64,000 nucleotides of DNA, taken from positions 280,550,001-280,614,000 of the forward strand of contig OZ024740.1 of the NCBI GenBank assembly GCA_964016885.1, written 5' to 3'. The position numbers were made by a program, and so were the translations under genes. Below are positions 1 to 12,750 of the stretch, in pieces. This DNA is from Eledone cirrhosa. Taxonomy: Eukaryota. Positions within the stretch are counted from its first letter, which is position 1, and the number at the start of each line of letters is the position of its first letter. The notes beneath the pieces were generated by a model that was not told the origin of the DNA, ran no database searches, and worked only from the letters and a program-made list of their open reading frames with translations.

Positions 1-165
1 TTGTAAGCCTCATTCTTTGCTCGGATGGTAATGTTGACCTCTTGATTGAATCAAGTAATCTTCCTTCCATTCGGCGCGATACCAAGCTTCTTTTACCCGC
101 AGCATTTAACAGCTGAAGCAGAAATTGGTGCGCTGAACAATCTCCACTCCGTTTCAACGTCCTCA
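1..165 (-). mobile_element. RTE-clade LINE internal fragment
   Basis: Its reverse complement aligns by eye with 38950-39112 of the RTE copy (gagtggaaattgttcagcgc...caagaggtcaa). Confidence 0.7.
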
Positions 166-489
166 AATTACATTCTGAATTCAAAACCCACTGAAGTTAA
201 TTTTGTCTTTCATTCTCTCCATTAAATAAAGTACTAGTCAAGTACTAGGGTTGATTCACCCACATTTGCTAGAGATCAATATCCTATAATGAATGCATGT
301 ATGTATGTATAGTCCAATAACTCCTGATAGAGTCGTAGAGGCATCGTATTGACATACGGCGTTTCTTGGATGTTTTAAAGCTTGGCAGAGCCCATCCCTC
401 TCCAGGCCTGAGTACAGCGAAAGATAGAGTCCAGAGAAAGATATAAAGTGAGAGAAAGAGGAAACGAGAAAGAGATACCGACGAAGAAT

Positions 490-645
490 CCACCCAATAC
501 TAGACTGGTACTTTTTTTATCGACCTCGAAAGGATGAAAGGCAAAGTTGACCTAGGTGGATTTGAACTTAAAGCAGAGAGCCGGAACGATTACCATAAAA
601 CATTCTATCCTACGTTCTAACGACTCTGCCAATTCGCCACCTATC
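490..645 (-). mobile_element. Octopus-type SINE, family 1 (OK-like); further fragments at 170-270, 700-780, 1385-1610, 12920-13320, 52290-52345
   Basis: Recurrent motif actggtactttattttatcgacccc-aaggatgaaaggcaaagt-gacct-ggcgg-atttgaactc, repeated many times in the window. Confidence 0.8.
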
Positions 646-999
646 TATATTGAATATCGTATATTAAAACAGACCATGGATTGAGATAATCGTTAAAGCG
701 CCAGACAGTATTTTTCTTTGTCTATTTACGTTTTCAGTTCAAATCTCACAGCGGTCAACTTTGCTTTTCACCCTTTCGAGTACAATGATGTAATTATCAA
801 AATATTCCTAGCACTTATATAGTCGAGATATTTGTGACTGTTTGCTTATGCTAGAGATCTTTATATACGCGTGATGAATTATTATTAAACCCTACCCATA
901 CGCATAAACACATATCCCCCACAAATAACTTCACGGAAGCAATTCTATTGCAGCAGTAGTAATGATTTCTAAATGTGCACAAAATGCATTTTGAGTGAA

Positions 1000-1355
1000 G
1001 GTGCAGTCGTTCATATCGAAAACCCCCTTCGGTGACGGATGACCATTTGATTTGAACCGAGAAAGTTTACCTCCGAGGTACAAGTCCGGGCAAGGTTGTT
1101 TGAGGAAGACCAACAGTCGCCCATGCATACCAGTCTCCCCTCTCCACATCACCGTTGTTGTCCAAGGGAAAGGCTATGGCCGATACAGCTTGGCACCAGT
1201 GACGTTGCAACTCATTTCTACAGCTGAGGAAACTGGAGCAGTGTGAAATAAAGCGTCTTGTTCAAGGACACAATGCATCACCAGGTCCGAGAATCGAACT
1301 CACAACCTTTCGATTGCAAGCCCAATGCTCTAACCACTAAGCCATGCGTCTTCGC
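1000..1355 (-). mobile_element. tRNA-derived SINE, family 2; other copies at 3920-4035(-), 28870-29130(+), 39638-39800(+), 47332-47500(+)
   Basis: Pol III A box (tggcttagtggtt) and B box (gttcgattct), then a conserved core gtgtccttga-caagac-ctttatttcac; five copies in the window. Confidence 0.8.
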
Positions 1356-1761
1356 AATCGTTCATATAGACCGAAGAATATTACATATACTTGTTTTATA
1401 GATCCTGAAAGAATGAAAATGCGATATCGGCTAAATTTAAATGTAGGGAAATAAATAGACACCGCAAGGCATTTTTCTGCCGCTCCACCGATTCAACTAT
1501 TGACGGCTCCCATACTAACGATAATAACAGTTTCTGATTTAGGCACAAGGCCAACCATTTTGGCAGAGAGAAAGTCGACTAAATCGACCCCAGTGTGTTA
1601 CTGGTACCTAAAAGTATAAATATTTATTGTTTTCTGAGGGTGTGACGATCTGACATTCCATCCATGAAAGTGTCTTGTACTCTCAGTCACGTAACGCCCA
1701 TTAAACTAAGATAAGCTCCGGTCTTAGACTAGCCATGCAAGCAAGGAAAACGGACATAAAA

Positions 1762-3480
1762 TTCTTCTTCTTCTTCTTCTTCTTCTTCTTCTTCTTCTTC
1801 TTCTTCTTCTTGGTGGTGGTTGTCCTCAGAACCAATACGCAGCTGAATGATGGAGTCCGATGATGATGTTCTTCCACGCTTTTCTAATTATGGCGCTGAC
1901 CTTAGCATGGTCGATGTCATGGTCGAGGTCGAGGTCATGGTCGAGGTCATGGTCATGGTCATGGTCGAGGCGCTGCGATTTCAGGTCCTCCTCGATTTTC
2001 TTTTCGCTCATGTCTTCTTTGTTGCGCTGCTCTGGATTCTCCAGTGCATGGTTCACTGTCGTGACAATAGTTGGTGTGGTTGTCTTCCAGTGCTCATCCT
2101 GACATGGACAACCCACTGTAGCCTGCGTTACCAGATTTGGTCTTCAATGGTCGGCTGCTGCTGGCATTGTTATTAGATGTTGTTGTTTGAGATTCGGTCG
2201 CGTAGAGAGAAATCAAGATCTGGCGAAGACATCGCATTTGGAACACCTCGAGGTTATTGTTCAGGTCTTGTTTGAGGATAGTCCAGGTCACAGCGCTATA
2301 GAGGAGGAAAAGTAGGAATAGCGTTCGGAAAAGACGGATCTTGGTGCTCAGGGAGATTTGAGGCCTCTTCCAGACACACCATAAAAGGTATCCGAACGCA
2401 AAATCGCACACCCACTTGATTTCTGCTGTTGGCGCTACTTTTTTCCATGTAATCAGTGAACCGAGATATTTAAACTCCCGGCCATACTGAATCTGAATGC
2501 CACGAAAATGCACAATTGCTGGTGAACCATCTGTTGTTAGAACGTTTCTCTTGTCCGCATTGATCTTGAGATTATAAGGCCGACCGAAGCGGGCAATGCT
2601 GTACAAAGTATCTGTTACTTCGGCGTCATTGTCCGTAAAATTGCAAACATAAGGTCTGTCACGGATTTGTTGGCGGTATAACGAAAAAAGAGAGTTAAAT
2701 ACCTATTAATAATTACAGGTTGAAACATTCATAGACTTGTTTAGTGTGGTCCTTCTTTTACTTGCAGCGACAGGCTTCTGACATCCATGCATAAACAATT
2801 ATATTTTTAACACTCAATTCGATATAAATTCATATTTATTGTTTGAAAGCCGAATTTATATACCACGCAGGAGGATATAAGAAATGAAAGCAATTACTGG
2901 TCATTAGATTGAAGCTAGGCAGATACTTTCTAGAACAGAACAGGAAACGTTGAATATCTCATACCGTAATAGAACAATTGCAAAAATGCTGAATACGTCA
3001 CGTTGATAAATATTTCGTTCCTCTTCACAGGAAAATACGAGGAACATATAGGAGCTACTCCGCAGGACGTCTTCTGCTCTTGCTGTCTAGAATTATCTCT
3101 CTAGTGAACCAGAAGGTTTTATAAAGAGGAGGTAACAATGTATTCATACGCGATCTAATACGATTGGTTTGTTTAACCAAATCACATATGAAACATTGTT
3201 GTTGCAAGGTATGAAGTAGTTCCGCTCTAGCGGCAAACTGTACATAACTTCGTCCTTTGAAAGCTTACCGCTCGATGCTGTCAATGATAATATTAACAGT
3301 AGAGGCGAGACCGCTTCTCGTAGCACGCCTGTCCCGATGGCGAATTCCTCGGCGAGGTCATTTCTTATTCGGACCAGGCCTGTTGAACCAATATAGGCCA
3401 AGTGTAGGAGCGCAACGATCTTCTGAGGCACATTTTCAACGATCTCCATAGGGCGGTCCAATCGACGCAGACGAAGGTGG
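1762..3480 (-). mobile_element. Degenerate RTE-clade LINE 3' part with (GAA)n tail, interrupted by unrelated sequence at about 2680-3210
   Basis: ORF 2094-2606 has FKYLGS, TKIRLFRT, LLYSAVTW and LEVFQMRCLRQIL; ORF 3144-3461 has EEFAIGTGV..SPLL; (TTC)n at 1762-1811. Confidence 0.8.
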
Positions 3481-4167
3481 TATTGATATCAATACCGCTT
3501 AACTATACAGATAGACAAATCATACATAATGTGTAGTGTATGAATTAGATGCACATTAACTATGAAAGAGACGAACACAATAAAAAGCATCATAAAATGG
3601 AACACAAAATACCCCATACCAAGACATAAGCTAACACAACATTTAAATAAAAAAAACCTTTTCATCAACATCAAACTTCATTACTCCAACTATTACTACT
3701 CTCTCTTGTAAGCTTGTCATGCACATACAACATGGAGCTATTGCAAAACACTACGACACAATACGCAAAATAGGCTATATAGGAAGACAGTGGAAAACAT
3801 ACCATACTATAAAGAAAGAACGATCGACTTTCGTCAAATCGGACCGAGGGAACAATGTTTCCGTTGGTCTTTCCAATTGCTAATACTATCTATCGGTCGC
3901 AATTCCAGGTAGAAGGAGCAACGTGAAATAAAGTGTCTTGCTCAAGGACATAACGCATCGCCTGGTCCAGGAATCGAACTCACAACCTTACGATTGCGAA
4001 TCTAATGTTCTAACCACTCAGCCACACGCCTTCACTATAAAGAACTATAAAGAACTTCTCACAAAAATAGTCGACTAACGATTAAAGCATTTTTCGTAAA
4101 ACATCATGTTACTAAAATAAACACAGACAGCATACAAACGTCATAGACAAAATAATATGTAAATATT

Positions 4168-4550
4168 TGTTTCTAATTTTGGCACAAGGCCAGCAATTAC
4201 CCCAGTGTATTACTAGTACTTTATCTTATCGACCCCGTAAGGAGGAAAGGCAAAGTTGAATATGTAAATAATTGTTTCTACGTTAGGCACAAGGCCAGCA
4301 ATTACCCAGTGCATTACTGGTACTTTATTTTATCGATCCCGTAAGGATGAAAGGCAAAATTTGTTTTCTGATTTAGGCACAAGGCAAACACATTTTGTTT
4401 TGCGGGAAGTCGATTAAATCGACCCCAGTGTATTACTGGTGCTTTATTTTATCGACCCCGTAAGGATGAAAGGCAAAGCTAATCTCATCGAAATTTGAAC
4501 TCAGAACGTAAAGGGTCGTAACTATGCCGCAAAATATATTCATGCGTATA
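4168..4550 (-). mobile_element. Tandem cluster of three SINE family 1 partial copies
   Basis: Three consecutive ggcacaaggc...actggtactttattttatcgacccc units. Confidence 0.8.
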
Positions 4551-4817
4551 GTTTGCATTTGGAAATATGATAATATACAAAGAATTATGAAAAGACGAAT
4601 CATATTCAAATGTTTATAACAGGGAAGATATCCATAGATAAGATCCAACACATTTGTTGTGAACCACACTGTGAAATCCAACATACACTAATTTATTGCT
4701 TCATAGTTTGGGCACATTTGTATTGCTACCGTTGTTCAGTCGACCGAAGGGAAAGATGGAGGTGAAGCTTTCTTGTTTTAGGTTGCTTTACTAGGAATCT
4801 ACTCATCGGTGACTCTG

Positions 4818-4849
<32 letters not shown>

Positions 4850-4880
4850 TGTATGTATGTATGTATGTATGTATGTATGT

Positions 4881-7060
4881 TTCTCTTTCTCTTAATTTCG
4901 AGTACATTTCGAGTACATTTTGACCGGCCACCTTCCTGGTGGCAAGGTTGTAAAAGAAAAGAAATTGTCATCTCTTGAATCGTAAGAATGTTTTGAAAAT
5001 GTTTAAGGTGCCAGATATCGCAGCCATTCGTAGTCTATGAATTAGGGAGCAGCACTCTTTGTCCATAAATCCAAGTTCAGTCATACTTTGGTCCAAGACG
5101 GTTGGTATATAACCCGTAGCTCCAATAATGAGGGGTATGAAGCTGTAGGTGTATCTTGGATACTGGACCTGCAAACTCATAAATGGTTCGTAGATATCCT
5201 CGTTCTCTTGTATTTTTCTTACAACGTTGACATCAAGTAGGCAGCTGATCTCTACAACAGAGCACGTTTTCAATGTGTGGTCCCAAACAACAATATCAGA
5301 CCGGTTGTGCTTTAATTTGGTAGCAGTTTTTATTTTCAAGCTCCACCAGTATTCTCTAGTGCCATCTATCTCAACATATTCCTCCTCATTTATTTTAAAT
5401 TTTGTTTTCCTCAGTGCGTTCCAGATGGTTCTAGCTATCACATCGTGTCTCATAGGGAGGTAGTAGCGAGACGACATTCTTTCACAGTTGGCAACAATGT
5501 GGCTAACATCTTAGATCTTTGTTTTACAAAGCCTACATTTATTGTGTAGCAGGTATTTGGTAGGGAGTTCTTGTTCCTGTATTGCATAGAGATATCCTTC
5601 AAGGTGGGATGTCATAAACTTGTCGAAGTCCATGCCAGGCTTTTTAAATGATTTGTCACCTCTAGGGTTTGTGTTATTTGTCTCAGGTACCCATGCACAA
5701 CTTTCTCTGTAAATTGGTTCATTTTTTATCCTGTTCGAACATTGAATAGGATCTTCCAATTTCCCTGGGAGAGGGATTTATATCAGACCTTATTCTATAT
5801 CTCTCCTCCAGATCAGTGGCTATCCTAATGATATTATTTCCTTCATGTTCATAGACCTGGGAAAGATGGTTCGTGACCTTTCTTCTGCTGAACATGTTGC
5901 TTCAGTGTTACTATCCGGGTCTCGTATGATGTTAATATAGATTTTAGACCCTGGTCACCTTTCTTTCGTGAGAAGTACAGCCTATCCTCATCACCATTGA
6001 TGTTAAAGTTTCCAGTAACACCGAGAAGCTTGCGAGTTCTTACATCCATCTCACTTAGTTCTTGAAATGACAAGTTCAGCAGACCAAATGTTGCCGTTAA
6101 GATTAGCACAGCATAAGTATTGTGGGCAATGTGTTTGTCTGATGACCATATTTTCTTTACTCTCCTGCGGTATTCAGTTCTAGTTCTCTCCTTATTTATG
6201 GGTTGTCCATCATATCTGACATTCTCATCCTGTCCAAGAAATCTGTAGTTTTCACCTGACTGTAGAGGTTATATTTTCAAGCCGTTCATCTCTAGATTTC
6301 CAGAAGAGGGCGCAACCCTTCCACGTTTTACAGTCAAATATACACATTTGAACACCAAATTTTATTCTGATGTCTGCAGAAAATTGTGTAATGAGGTCTA
6401 ATTGCTTTTTTAATATAGTTGATATTTGGCCCATACAACTTCAGGTCATCAACAAAGAAAAGATGGGATATACTTCTGGACACACTTCTATGACCACTTT
6501 GTTTTGTGAGCAGGTATGGTAATGGATATAGTGAGAGGACGAAGAGCAACACTGATAAGAAAGATGCCTTTCTGGTAGTGTACTGTATGTCTTAATTTGC
6601 TCCTTCTCACCCCTAATGATCAAATTGGTATACCAGTTATTGGCCAGACGTTCAACTGCAGCTACTAGTGATTGTGGGACTTTGGCTAACTGTAAAGCCT
6701 TAATAATCCACCCATGAGGTACACTACCAAAAGCCTTCTGATAGTCCAGCCACACCACAGTCATGTTTCTGCGATTCTTTGTTGTTTTTTCTTGAATCAT
6801 TTTATTAGTTAATAGATGATCTATGCAGCCCCACACCTCCCTCTTTCTACCAGCTTGCTCACGTATTATAATGTTGTGGTAGCACAGTGATCCTGTAAGA
6901 ACAGATTAAGGCACCAGGTGTATTATTTATACATGATATTCTGGCAGGTTATTGGGCAGTAATTTTTAGCAAGGCTGGTCTGGCTATTTTGGGGGATGAG
7001 GAAGGTAGTGGTATTTGATAACCATTGGGGCAGTTCTTGTGTGTCTTTGATGGTTTATCT
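4881..7060 (-). mobile_element. Degenerate R4/Dong-type (RLE) non-LTR retrotransposon, family A; 3' end abuts (CATA)n at 4817-4880
   Basis: Frameshifted ORFs carry WLDYQKAFGSVPH, HLFFVDDLKLY, DRLYFSRKKG, AIQEQEL, CRLC, RHDVIA and HNRSDIVVWD. Confidence 0.88.
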
Positions 7061-7072
7061 ATGTATGTATAT

Positions 7073-10000
7073 TCTTCTGGTTTTATAATTTCCCAGATTT
7101 TTGCCAATAGAGAGAGAGAGTCGGTTTCTAACATAGATATAAGACTCTGTCATTGGAATTTACACATCAACTAGGTAGATATGTATGCATGTGTGTGCAG
7201 GTATGGATATTATTGTATGTGTGGATGTGTATGTATTGAGTTGTATGTGTGCATGTGCATGTGCTTTGTATCTGTACAAGTGTATATACAGTTATTAGAT
7301 GCTGAATGTTTGGAATGTTTTGTATATTTTTACTGTTCAATTAATGGATTGTACTTGTAATTTCCTAACTAGTCGTCTTCTTTCTGTTCCTGTGAAGCCT
7401 AGCTTCTCAAAATTTGTACTGAGGCAGTTAATAACATATCCCAGTGCCCCAATAATCACAGGCATAAATCTGAAGGTATAGTCAGAGTGGAGTATCTGTA
7501 GATTTCTCGTTAATTCTGCATAGATATTCTCCTTTTCGCTAATCTTTGATATTATATTGGCATCTGCTGGGCAGCTAATTTCCACTACTGTGCATGTTTT
7601 CTTCTCCCTGTCCCATATCATAATATCTGGTCTGTTATGCCTGCATTTTATTGGGGTTTTTACTGGAACATTCCACCAGTACTCTTTCATATTATGTATA
7701 TGTATGTCTTCCACATTGCTGTAGCTTTTAATGTCTTTATTATCGGGACTATTTTTTCTACGGATTGCATAGTACAGTGTTTTGGCCACTACATCATGCC
7801 TCATAGGTAGATAGTACCACGATGACATTTTTGGACAGCTGCTTATGACATGGGTGACATCTTCTATGATAATTCTGCAGAGTCTGCACTTGTTGTCACA
7901 TCTAAGTGTTTTGCCTGCATCCCTATCGCTTTTGTGAATCAGGTATTTTGTGCTGATTTCCTGTTCTTGGATTGCAAAAGCGTATCCTTCAAAGTGAAGG
8001 CCAATATAGCGGTTGTTGGTCCGAAATAGGCTGCTTTGCTTATCTATATTACTCTTACTTTGAAGGTTCCTGGCAACATAACTATGCATAATCTTTTGCT
8101 GATAAGCATGCAGTTTTTCATCCACGGATTCACTGTGGTACTTCTGGACGACTTCCCTGGATGTGAGGTTTTGATTATCATGCAGGGAATATCTTTCTAT
8201 GGCTCTGATAATAATGTTTGGGACTTTAGCAAGTTGGAGGGCCTCTATCATCCAAGAGTGCGGAACGGAATCGAAAGCTTTCCTGTAGTCCAGCCAGACT
8301 GTAGCCATAGTCCTCCTTAGTTGTCGCACCTCCGACATCGCAGTTTTGTTGATTAGGAGTTGTTCAGCACATCCCTAAACCCCTTTCTTTCCAGCTGCTT
8401 GTTCATCTGTGATGATGTTATTATTTTTACAGTGATCTTGGAGGAATAGGTTCAGGCAGGCTGTATACATCTTATACATCAGGTTCTGGCATGCAATGGG
8501 TCGGTAGTTTTTTGCCAAGTGGGTGTCTTTGTTCTTGTGCTAATGTCAACCATTCTAGTATACGTGTATCTCCCTTAAGAACTTGTTGGTAGAGGTCAGT
8601 AAGATACCTCCGATAGAATATCAGTTTTTTGTACCAGTAGCCGACAATCATGTCTCTTACTGGTGTTTTCTTATCTTGGAGTTTTCCTATCACAGTCTCA
8701 AGGGTACCCTCACTTATTTCGTATGTTTTTGTTGTAGTGTAGGAGCAATAGTTCTTTCGGATTTCTTTTAGTCACACTACATCTTGGTTGAAATTCTTCT
8801 TTTCACCCCATATTTTTCTCCAAAAGGAATCTATGTCTTTCTGGGATGGGACCTCAGTGACACTTATTATTTTGCCCTTAGACTGATGTTTTGTTAGGCC
8901 TGAATCTTTTATTAAGCAGTTTTCTTGTATCTACTTCTTCAGGTATCGGCGTTTTTCGCTAACAGCTCTCATTTCTTGTTTCAGGATGATCAGCTTATAT
9001 TGAAAAATTCTGGTTCTACTGTTACCAAACATCGTCTCTCTTTTATTTTTCACTCTTTGTTGGTGAGGAGGGAGGTTTTGTTGTGTTTGTTTGCATGTAA
9101 GGAGCATTGTCACATATCCTATGGTTTTTCGTAGGTCAGCAATCTTTTTTTCTATTTTAGTTATTTTAGTTATATATGATGGTCTTTTTGCTGGTGTTTT
9201 GTTCTTGTTAATATCTCTGCTATCACCAATATAATGCTTCTCTGTCGCTGCTAAGGCATATAAACAGGCGTTGATTTGCCAAAATGTTGGGGTTTTTATC
9301 CGTCGTAAATATTCATCCCCTATTTCGTCAATAACACGTAATATTTCATTATTTGTTGTTTTTTTTTAAAATTAAATATTGCTGTTTTAATACGTTCAGC
9401 AAGAGAGATATTTATACATGAATTAATTTCTCTCTGGAAGATTTCGTTGAGGGAAATGTTCAATTGTTTATACTTTTGGTTATTATCATTATTTTTTTCC
9501 ACAATAGTCGAGGTAGACTCAGATGGTACACGTGGTGTCACATTTCTTCGATTATTATTATTATTTCTTCGATTATTATTATTATCGATTGTGTTTTTCC
9601 CAGCATTCGAGGTAGACTTAGATGGTACAGGTGGTGTCAAGTTTCTTACAGGCATAGCTGTTTCAAGGCACTGTTCGACCTGGCTGCTAGGAAATCTACT
9701 AGCATGGCGACCTGTAGCACGTGTTGTTGCTCCCATGTTTGTTGTGGGGGACTTACAATTAATAATATTTATCTTATTTTTACGTTCAAAAAACGTCGCT
9801 AGTTGGCGTAATTGTTTCGCTGTGAAGTGATTTAGCTCTGGGTGTATTTCGTCCCAGTGTAACGTCATTCTGTTCATATAGCCAATGGAGGGATTGTTTT
9901 TTGCCATTTTATAACAATTAAATAGTCATCCTTAAGTTCGCAACTCCAAGAGAAATGCGATTTATAATTTCGGTTTCTTCTGTAGCTACAACTGAATAAA

Positions 10001-10199
10001 TCTTATTTACTTTTCTCGTTGTTTTTCTTCGGTACTTCCTTAATGTTATTGTTGATGTTGTGTTCAGCCATGCTGTTTGTAGCAAATCCTTGTAAAATGA
10101 ATTAGGTATTTAGTCGGATATCTCTACGAATTCGAATAAAAGGTGTCTTCAGTAGATATAGTTAGAAGAATATCCACTTATTCAATATGGCTGGTAGTT
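7073..10199 (-). mobile_element. R4/Dong-type retrotransposon family B, copy 1: 5' end present, RT core deleted near 8185
   Basis: N-terminal motif GYMNRMTLHWDEIHPELNHFTAKQLRQ (9320-9907); ORF 7337-8338 joins WLDYRKAFDSVPH directly to the CCHC knuckle (CRLC..EDVTHVISSC) and RLE (RHD, RPDIMIWD, EISCP). Confidence 0.88.
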
Positions 10200-10331
10200 G
10201 TATGTATGTATGTATGTATGTATGTATGTATGTATGTATGTATGTATGTATGTATGTATGTATGTATGTATGTACATGTGTGTGTGTGTGTGTGTGTGTC
10301 TGTATGTATATGTATGTATGTGTGTATGTAT

Positions 10332-10450
10332 CGGGTGTAATATTCTCTGGTTACGTGTTCCTTATTACAAATACCATTATAGGATATGTTCTCATCTATC
10401 CCTAGGTATCTGGGGCAGTTCTCATCAGATATCGGTGAAACAGTTAGGCC

Positions 10451-10452
<2 letters not shown>
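10332..10452 (-). mobile_element. Isolated ~120 bp internal fragment of R4/Dong family B between microsatellites
   Basis: Matches 11965-12084. Confidence 0.75.
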
Positions 10453-10481
<29 letters not shown>

Positions 10482-10489
10482 TGTATTAT

Positions 10490-12474
10490 GTTCTTCTGGT
10501 TTTATAATTTCACAAATTTTTGCCAATAGAGAGAGAGTCGGTTTCTAACATAGACACAAGATTCTCTCATTGGAATTTACACAACATCAACTACGTAGAT
10601 ATGTCTGCATGTCTGCATGCATGTGTAGATATGGATGTTATTGTATGTGTGGATGTGGATGTTTTGAGTTGTATGTGTGCATATGTATATGCTTAGTATC
10701 TGTACATGTGTATATGCAGTTATTAGATGCAAAATCTTTGAATGTTTTACATATTTTTACTGGATTGTAAGTGTAATTTCCTAACTAGTCGTGTTCTTTC
10801 TGTTCCTGTGAAGCCCAGCTTCTCAAGATTTGTATTGAGGCAGTTACTAACATATCCCAGTGTCACAATAATCACAGGCATAAATCTGAAGGTGTAATCA
10901 GGGTGGAGTATCTGCAGATTCCTCATCAGTTCTGCATAAATATTCTCCTTTTCGCTAATCTTTGATATTATACTGGCATCTGCTGGACAGCTAACTTCAA
11001 CTACTGTGCATGCCTTCTTTTCCTTATCCCATATTATAATATCTGGTCTCTTATACCTTTATTTTATTAGGGTTTTTACTGGAACATTCCAGCAGTACTC
11101 TTTCATATTATGTCTTCCACATTGCTATAGCTTTTAATGTGTTTATTATCGGTTTATTTTACGGACTGCATTGTACAGTGTTTTGGCCACTACATCATGC
11201 CTCATAGGTAGATAGTACCACGATGACATTTTTGGACAGCTGCTTATGACATGGGTGACATCTTCGATGTTAATTCTGCAGAGTCTGCACTTGTTATCAC
11301 ATGTAGGCGTTTTGCCTGCACCCCTATCTCTTTTGTGAATCAGGTATTTCGTGTTAATATGCTGTTCTGGGATTGCAAAAGCATATCCTTCAAAGTGGGA
11401 GCCAATATAGCGGTTGTTGGTCCAAGATAGACTACTTTCTTTATCTATATTACTCTCACTCTGGAGCTTCCTGGTAACATATCTATGCATGATTTTTTGC
11501 TGATAAGCATGCAGTTTTTCATCAATGGATTCACTGCGATACTGCTGAGCAAATTCCCTGGATGCGATACTGCTGAGCAACTTCCCTGGGTGTATCACAC
11601 AGGAAAATCTTTCGAGGCGTTTCTTCCCAACTCTCATGATCTTATCTTTTTCATGCAGATAGACTTGCTCGAGAGACGGGCTCCTACGCGGAGGGATATG
11701 ATGCGACATTCAAATGCTGTCTGGACTGATGTAAGGCCTCTGCCTCCCTGCTTACGTTTCAAGTAAAGGCGGTCTATGTCACTGTTGATGTGGAAGTTTC
11801 CGGTGTTGTTTTGTATTTTTCGAGTTCTAACATCAATTGTTCGGATTTCGTCTATCGTCGAATTGAGTATTCCAAAAGTTGGCGTTAGAGCAGGCACAGC
11901 AAACACATTGTGAGCCACTGTTTTGTTTTGCGCAGAGAGTTCCGATAACCTTATCTTTCTTAATCGGGTGTAGTATTCCCTGGTTACGGGTTCCTTATTA
12001 CAGATACCAGTATAGGATATGTCTCATCTATCTCCAGGAATCTGTAGCAGTCCTCATCAGATATTGGTGAAACAGTTAGGCCATTGATACAAATGTTGCT
12101 AGATTGGGTTGTTGTTTTTCCACGCTTTACAGTCATATATGAGCATTTATCTTGGCCAAACTCCATTCCTATATCCTTTGAAAATGTTGTAACCAGGTCA
12201 AGATTTTTCTTCATCCCATCCATGTTCTTGGCAAAGAGTTTCAGATCATCCACAAAGAAATCATAGGTTAGGTTCGTATTTCTGTCTTCCTGTGAACTAA
12301 TGATGTATCCTTCACATTTCTTGAGTAGAAAGGACAAGGGGTTTAATGTCAGGATGAATAATATCACAGAGAGACTGTCTTCATGAAATATACCCCTCCG
12401 ATATTTTAATTTATCAGTGAAAATAGAGTCCCATTTCTCTGTCTTTAACTTTAGGATAGTAGCCCAAGAAGAAG
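10490..12474 (-). mobile_element. R4/Dong-type retrotransposon family B, copy 2: 5'-truncated, RT core retained
   Basis: FFVDDLKLF, DIDRLYLKRKQGGRGL, CRLC..HVISSC and RHD; 3' UTR closely matches 7073-7330; (TATG)n on both sides. Confidence 0.88.
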
Positions 12475-12645
12475 ATGTATGTATGTATGTATGTATGTAT
12501 GTATGTATGTATGTATGTATGTATGTATGTATGTATGTATGTATGTATATGTGTGTATGTATATTATAATATATTAAACTTAAGTCAAAACCTCTATTTG
12601 GACGATATAAGCTAGACCGACTATGTGTGTGTGTGTATGTGCGTG

Positions 12646-12750
<105 letters not shown>

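Noticed and set aside
1826-2176. ORFs with DHDHDL / SRSWSW repeats
   Set aside because: They come from a GGTCAT/GGTCGA hexamer expansion inside a decayed RTE 3' end.
2657-3197. Possible solo LTR (TG...CA) interrupting the RTE
   Set aside because: No target-site duplication, and the TG lies within RTE coding sequence (VTDLMFA).
4168-4550. CRISPR-like repeated units
   Set aside because: Tandem SINE fragments in eukaryotic DNA, with no regular repeat-spacer pattern and no cas genes.
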